A stretch of 6,133 nt of DNA, taken from IMG/VR virus record IMGVR_UViG_3300045988_027062, positions 1 through 6,133 of that record; one strand, given 5' to 3'. Each line of letters opens with the position of its first letter. Position 1 is the stretch's first letter. The position numbers and the translations under genes were made by a program. This stretch comes from a virus. This document shows, piece after piece, positions 4,361-6,133 of the stretch. Under the pieces are notes generated by a model. It did no database searches and had not been told where the DNA came from. It saw nothing but the letters and a program-made list of their open reading frames with translations.

Positions 4361-6133
4361 TTAAATGTTAGGAATTACTTTTGCAGACATAACGCGTCTA
4401 GGTTCCATATTAAATGCGATTTGTACCCAGAAATTTTGAGCTGTTATATCTGTATCCGCGAAGATGTTATTGTATAAATCAGGAAATATATAAGTTGTGT
4501 AAGAATCTATATTACCGAATACTCGGTTTAAACACATCCATCCTTCGTTTTCAATGAGTGCGAAATTGCCGAATGTTTTATTTACATTGGTCATGTATTC
4601 CACCCATGCAGGTTGTTTTCCTATTGATTTTTTCAAATCTGCTATATTGGCATTGGCGTTGATATTTTGGAACAATCTATCTTGAAACCCGATACCGTCT
4701 AATTGAGGTTTGTGCAGGTCATCCATTGTATTAAGATATATATCCCAGTCATTTCCTTGGAAATAATCAACTCTTGGAGTGAGAGAGGTGATACAAAGTA
4801 TATATCCTGGTTCGTCTGCTTTGAAAACAACATTTCCTCCTTTGTGATTGCTAGCTACACCCCTTCCAGCTAGTGTTCCTAATGGTTGATCTTCTGTTCC
4901 ACTATTATTTATTACTTCTTGGAATTCAATTTCAAGTGAGCTACCTCCGAGATATATAGGTGTTTCTACATGATTGAGTCCTCCGCTTGTGTATACTGTT
5001 TGGATCCATGCATTATATGAGCCGTCGCTAACGGCAATACGGTTAAGCATGGTATATACTTTTTTTGCGAGGTTTAATGTGTCAAGAGTAAAGCTGCCGC
5101 TGCTTGTATCAATAGCTGTAATGGCGTTTATACCTGTTTCTCCGTCTATCCATTCGGTATTTACCCAATTAGTATTAATATCGCTTTGATATGTTTTTAA
5201 TACTAAACCTACCATTGGAGAGGCGCAATCATATACTTGATTTCTATCTGGATCAATTGCATTTGGATCTATATGGGTTTTGAATATATTAGTTATAAAG
5301 CTTTCTGAACATTCGTAAGCCGTTCGCCCTGCTGCTAATATATTCTCGCGCATATCATCTATTTCGCTTAATTTTATTTTTTTATACGTAGCTTGTTGGT
5401 CTCTTGCTTCTACTTTGTATTGAACTCCAAACGTGTGTATTCCTTCGCTTGATCTTGTACCATTAATAATATACCCTTTTGTATTAGCTCCCATTGGTGA
5501 GCTTCTTGATATAAATTCTTTATTTAATAAATCGGTAATACTTCCTTGTATATTTCCGAAGGAGTTTTTATCATGTATAAAGTTAGGAATTTGTATATAC
5601 ACATCATCTTCATTTATATTTGTTGGACTGCTTAAACTAAAGCCGACATAATAAACTGCACCAGTTGGAACTTGGATTGTGTCGCTTGGAGGGTTACCGT
5701 TATATTTTTTAATTTCGCTCCATTTTTGTGAAACTTTCGATTGCAAATTAAAGTAAAAAGCTCTTTGATTTGTGCTTTGGGTTGTATATATGTAATCTCC
5801 TCCGTGAACTATTTGATAAAATGAATCTTCCTGTTTATTGGCATAGTAGTTTTTAAAGATATCAAAATACATAATTATAGGAAGAACTTGTACTTGCCCC
5901 CTATCTTGTTCTGCCTCTTCTGAATTGAGCGCTTTATATCCGAGGTAAAAAGGAAGAGCACTTGGGTGTACTTGTTTTCTTAATGTATTCGAGCTTGCCT
6001 CTAGATATTCTTCGGTTATTTTTGAATTTAAAATTCTTACATATGGGAATTTAACTTTTTTCATATCCAGCCCTATATTCAATGCGTTATTATGTAACAT
6101 TGCATTGTATAATCGAATTGGACAGAAGAAAAA
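4361..6133 (-). CDS. VP1: Major capsid protein VP1 (Microviridae F-protein family), C-terminal about 590 codons. The 5' end continues across the circular junction into window positions 56-304; the track's start at 6100 is an internal Met.
   Basis: ORF of 579 aa from the internal Met, with stop TAA at 4361-4363 and no in-frame stop between 6100 and the window end. Size and composition fit a microvirus capsid protein. It is co-linear with VP2 and VP4 on the same strand. The N-terminal continuation (separate feature below) carries F-protein hallmark motifs. Confidence 0.85.
   Translation of the reverse strand, partial: FFFCPIRLYNAMLHNNALNIGLDMKKVKFPYVRILNSKITEEYLEASSNTLRKQVHPSALPFYLGYKALNSEEAEQDRGQVQVLPIIMYFDIFKNYYANKQEDSFYQIVHGGDYIYTTQSTNQRAFYFNLQSKVSQKWSEIKKYNGNPPSDTIQVPTGAVYYVGFSLSSPTNINEDDVYIQIPNFIHDKNSFGNIQGSITDLLNKEFISRSSPMGANTKGYIINGTRSSEGIHTFGVQYKVEARDQQATYKKIKLSEIDDMRENILAAGRTAYECSESFITNIFKTHIDPNAIDPDRNQVYDCASPMVGLVLKTYQSDINTNWVNTEWIDGETGINAITAIDTSSGSFTLDTLNLAKKVYTMLNRIAVSDGSYNAWIQTVYTSGGLNHVETPIYLGGSSLEIEFQEVINNSGTEDQPLGTLAGRGVASNHKGGNVVFKADEPGYILCITSLTPRVDYFQGNDWDIYLNTMDDLHKPQLDGIGFQDRLFQNINANANIADLKKSIGKQPAWVEYMTNVNKTFGNFALIENEGWMCLNRVFGNIDSYTTYIFPDLYNNIFADTDITAQNFWVQIAFNMEPRRVMSAKVIPNI
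6079..6133. repeat. Terminal redundancy copy 2 (circular-genome overlap).
   Basis: Exact 55-nt identity with 1-55. Confidence 0.9.

Overview
The window is one complete circular Microviridae (small ssDNA phage) genome plus a 55-nt wrap-around. Positions 1-55 are identical to 6079-6133, so the genome unit is 6078 nt with no flanking host DNA. This is a free or replicative circle, not an integrated prophage. All credible genes lie on the minus strand, which is therefore the viral/mRNA-sense strand.

Gene order in minus-strand sense is:
- an intergenic control region (1614-1327)
- four small unknown ORFs: A (102 aa), B (80 aa, with a transmembrane helix), C (92 aa), D (91 aa)
- the major capsid protein VP1 (F-protein fold), which runs across the circular junction
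- a 111-aa unknown protein
- a terminator-like hairpin and a 20-nt palindrome
- VP2, the minor capsid/DNA pilot protein (377 aa)
- VP4, the rolling-circle replication initiator (372 aa, with HUH and YxxKYxxK motifs)

The supplied ORF track truncates VP1 at an internal Met. Its true N-terminus is encoded at window positions 304/259 down to 20 on the minus strand. It carries the F-protein hallmarks HDLSF, LPGDTF and FFFCPIRLY, giving a VP1 of about 658-673 aa.

Genome size (about 6.1 kb), VP1 length, GC content (roughly 36-40% by my estimate) and the VP1-x-VP2-VP4 order resemble Bacteroidota-associated Alpavirinae-like microviruses more than the 4.5-kb gokushoviruses. That placement is inference only.

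The least-explained part is the four-gene accessory module at 301-1326. It includes an N-terminally membrane-anchored 80-aa protein that I flag as a candidate single-gene lysis/membrane effector. The structured intergenic region 1327-1614 has tandem direct repeats and several hairpins, and is a candidate origin/promoter.
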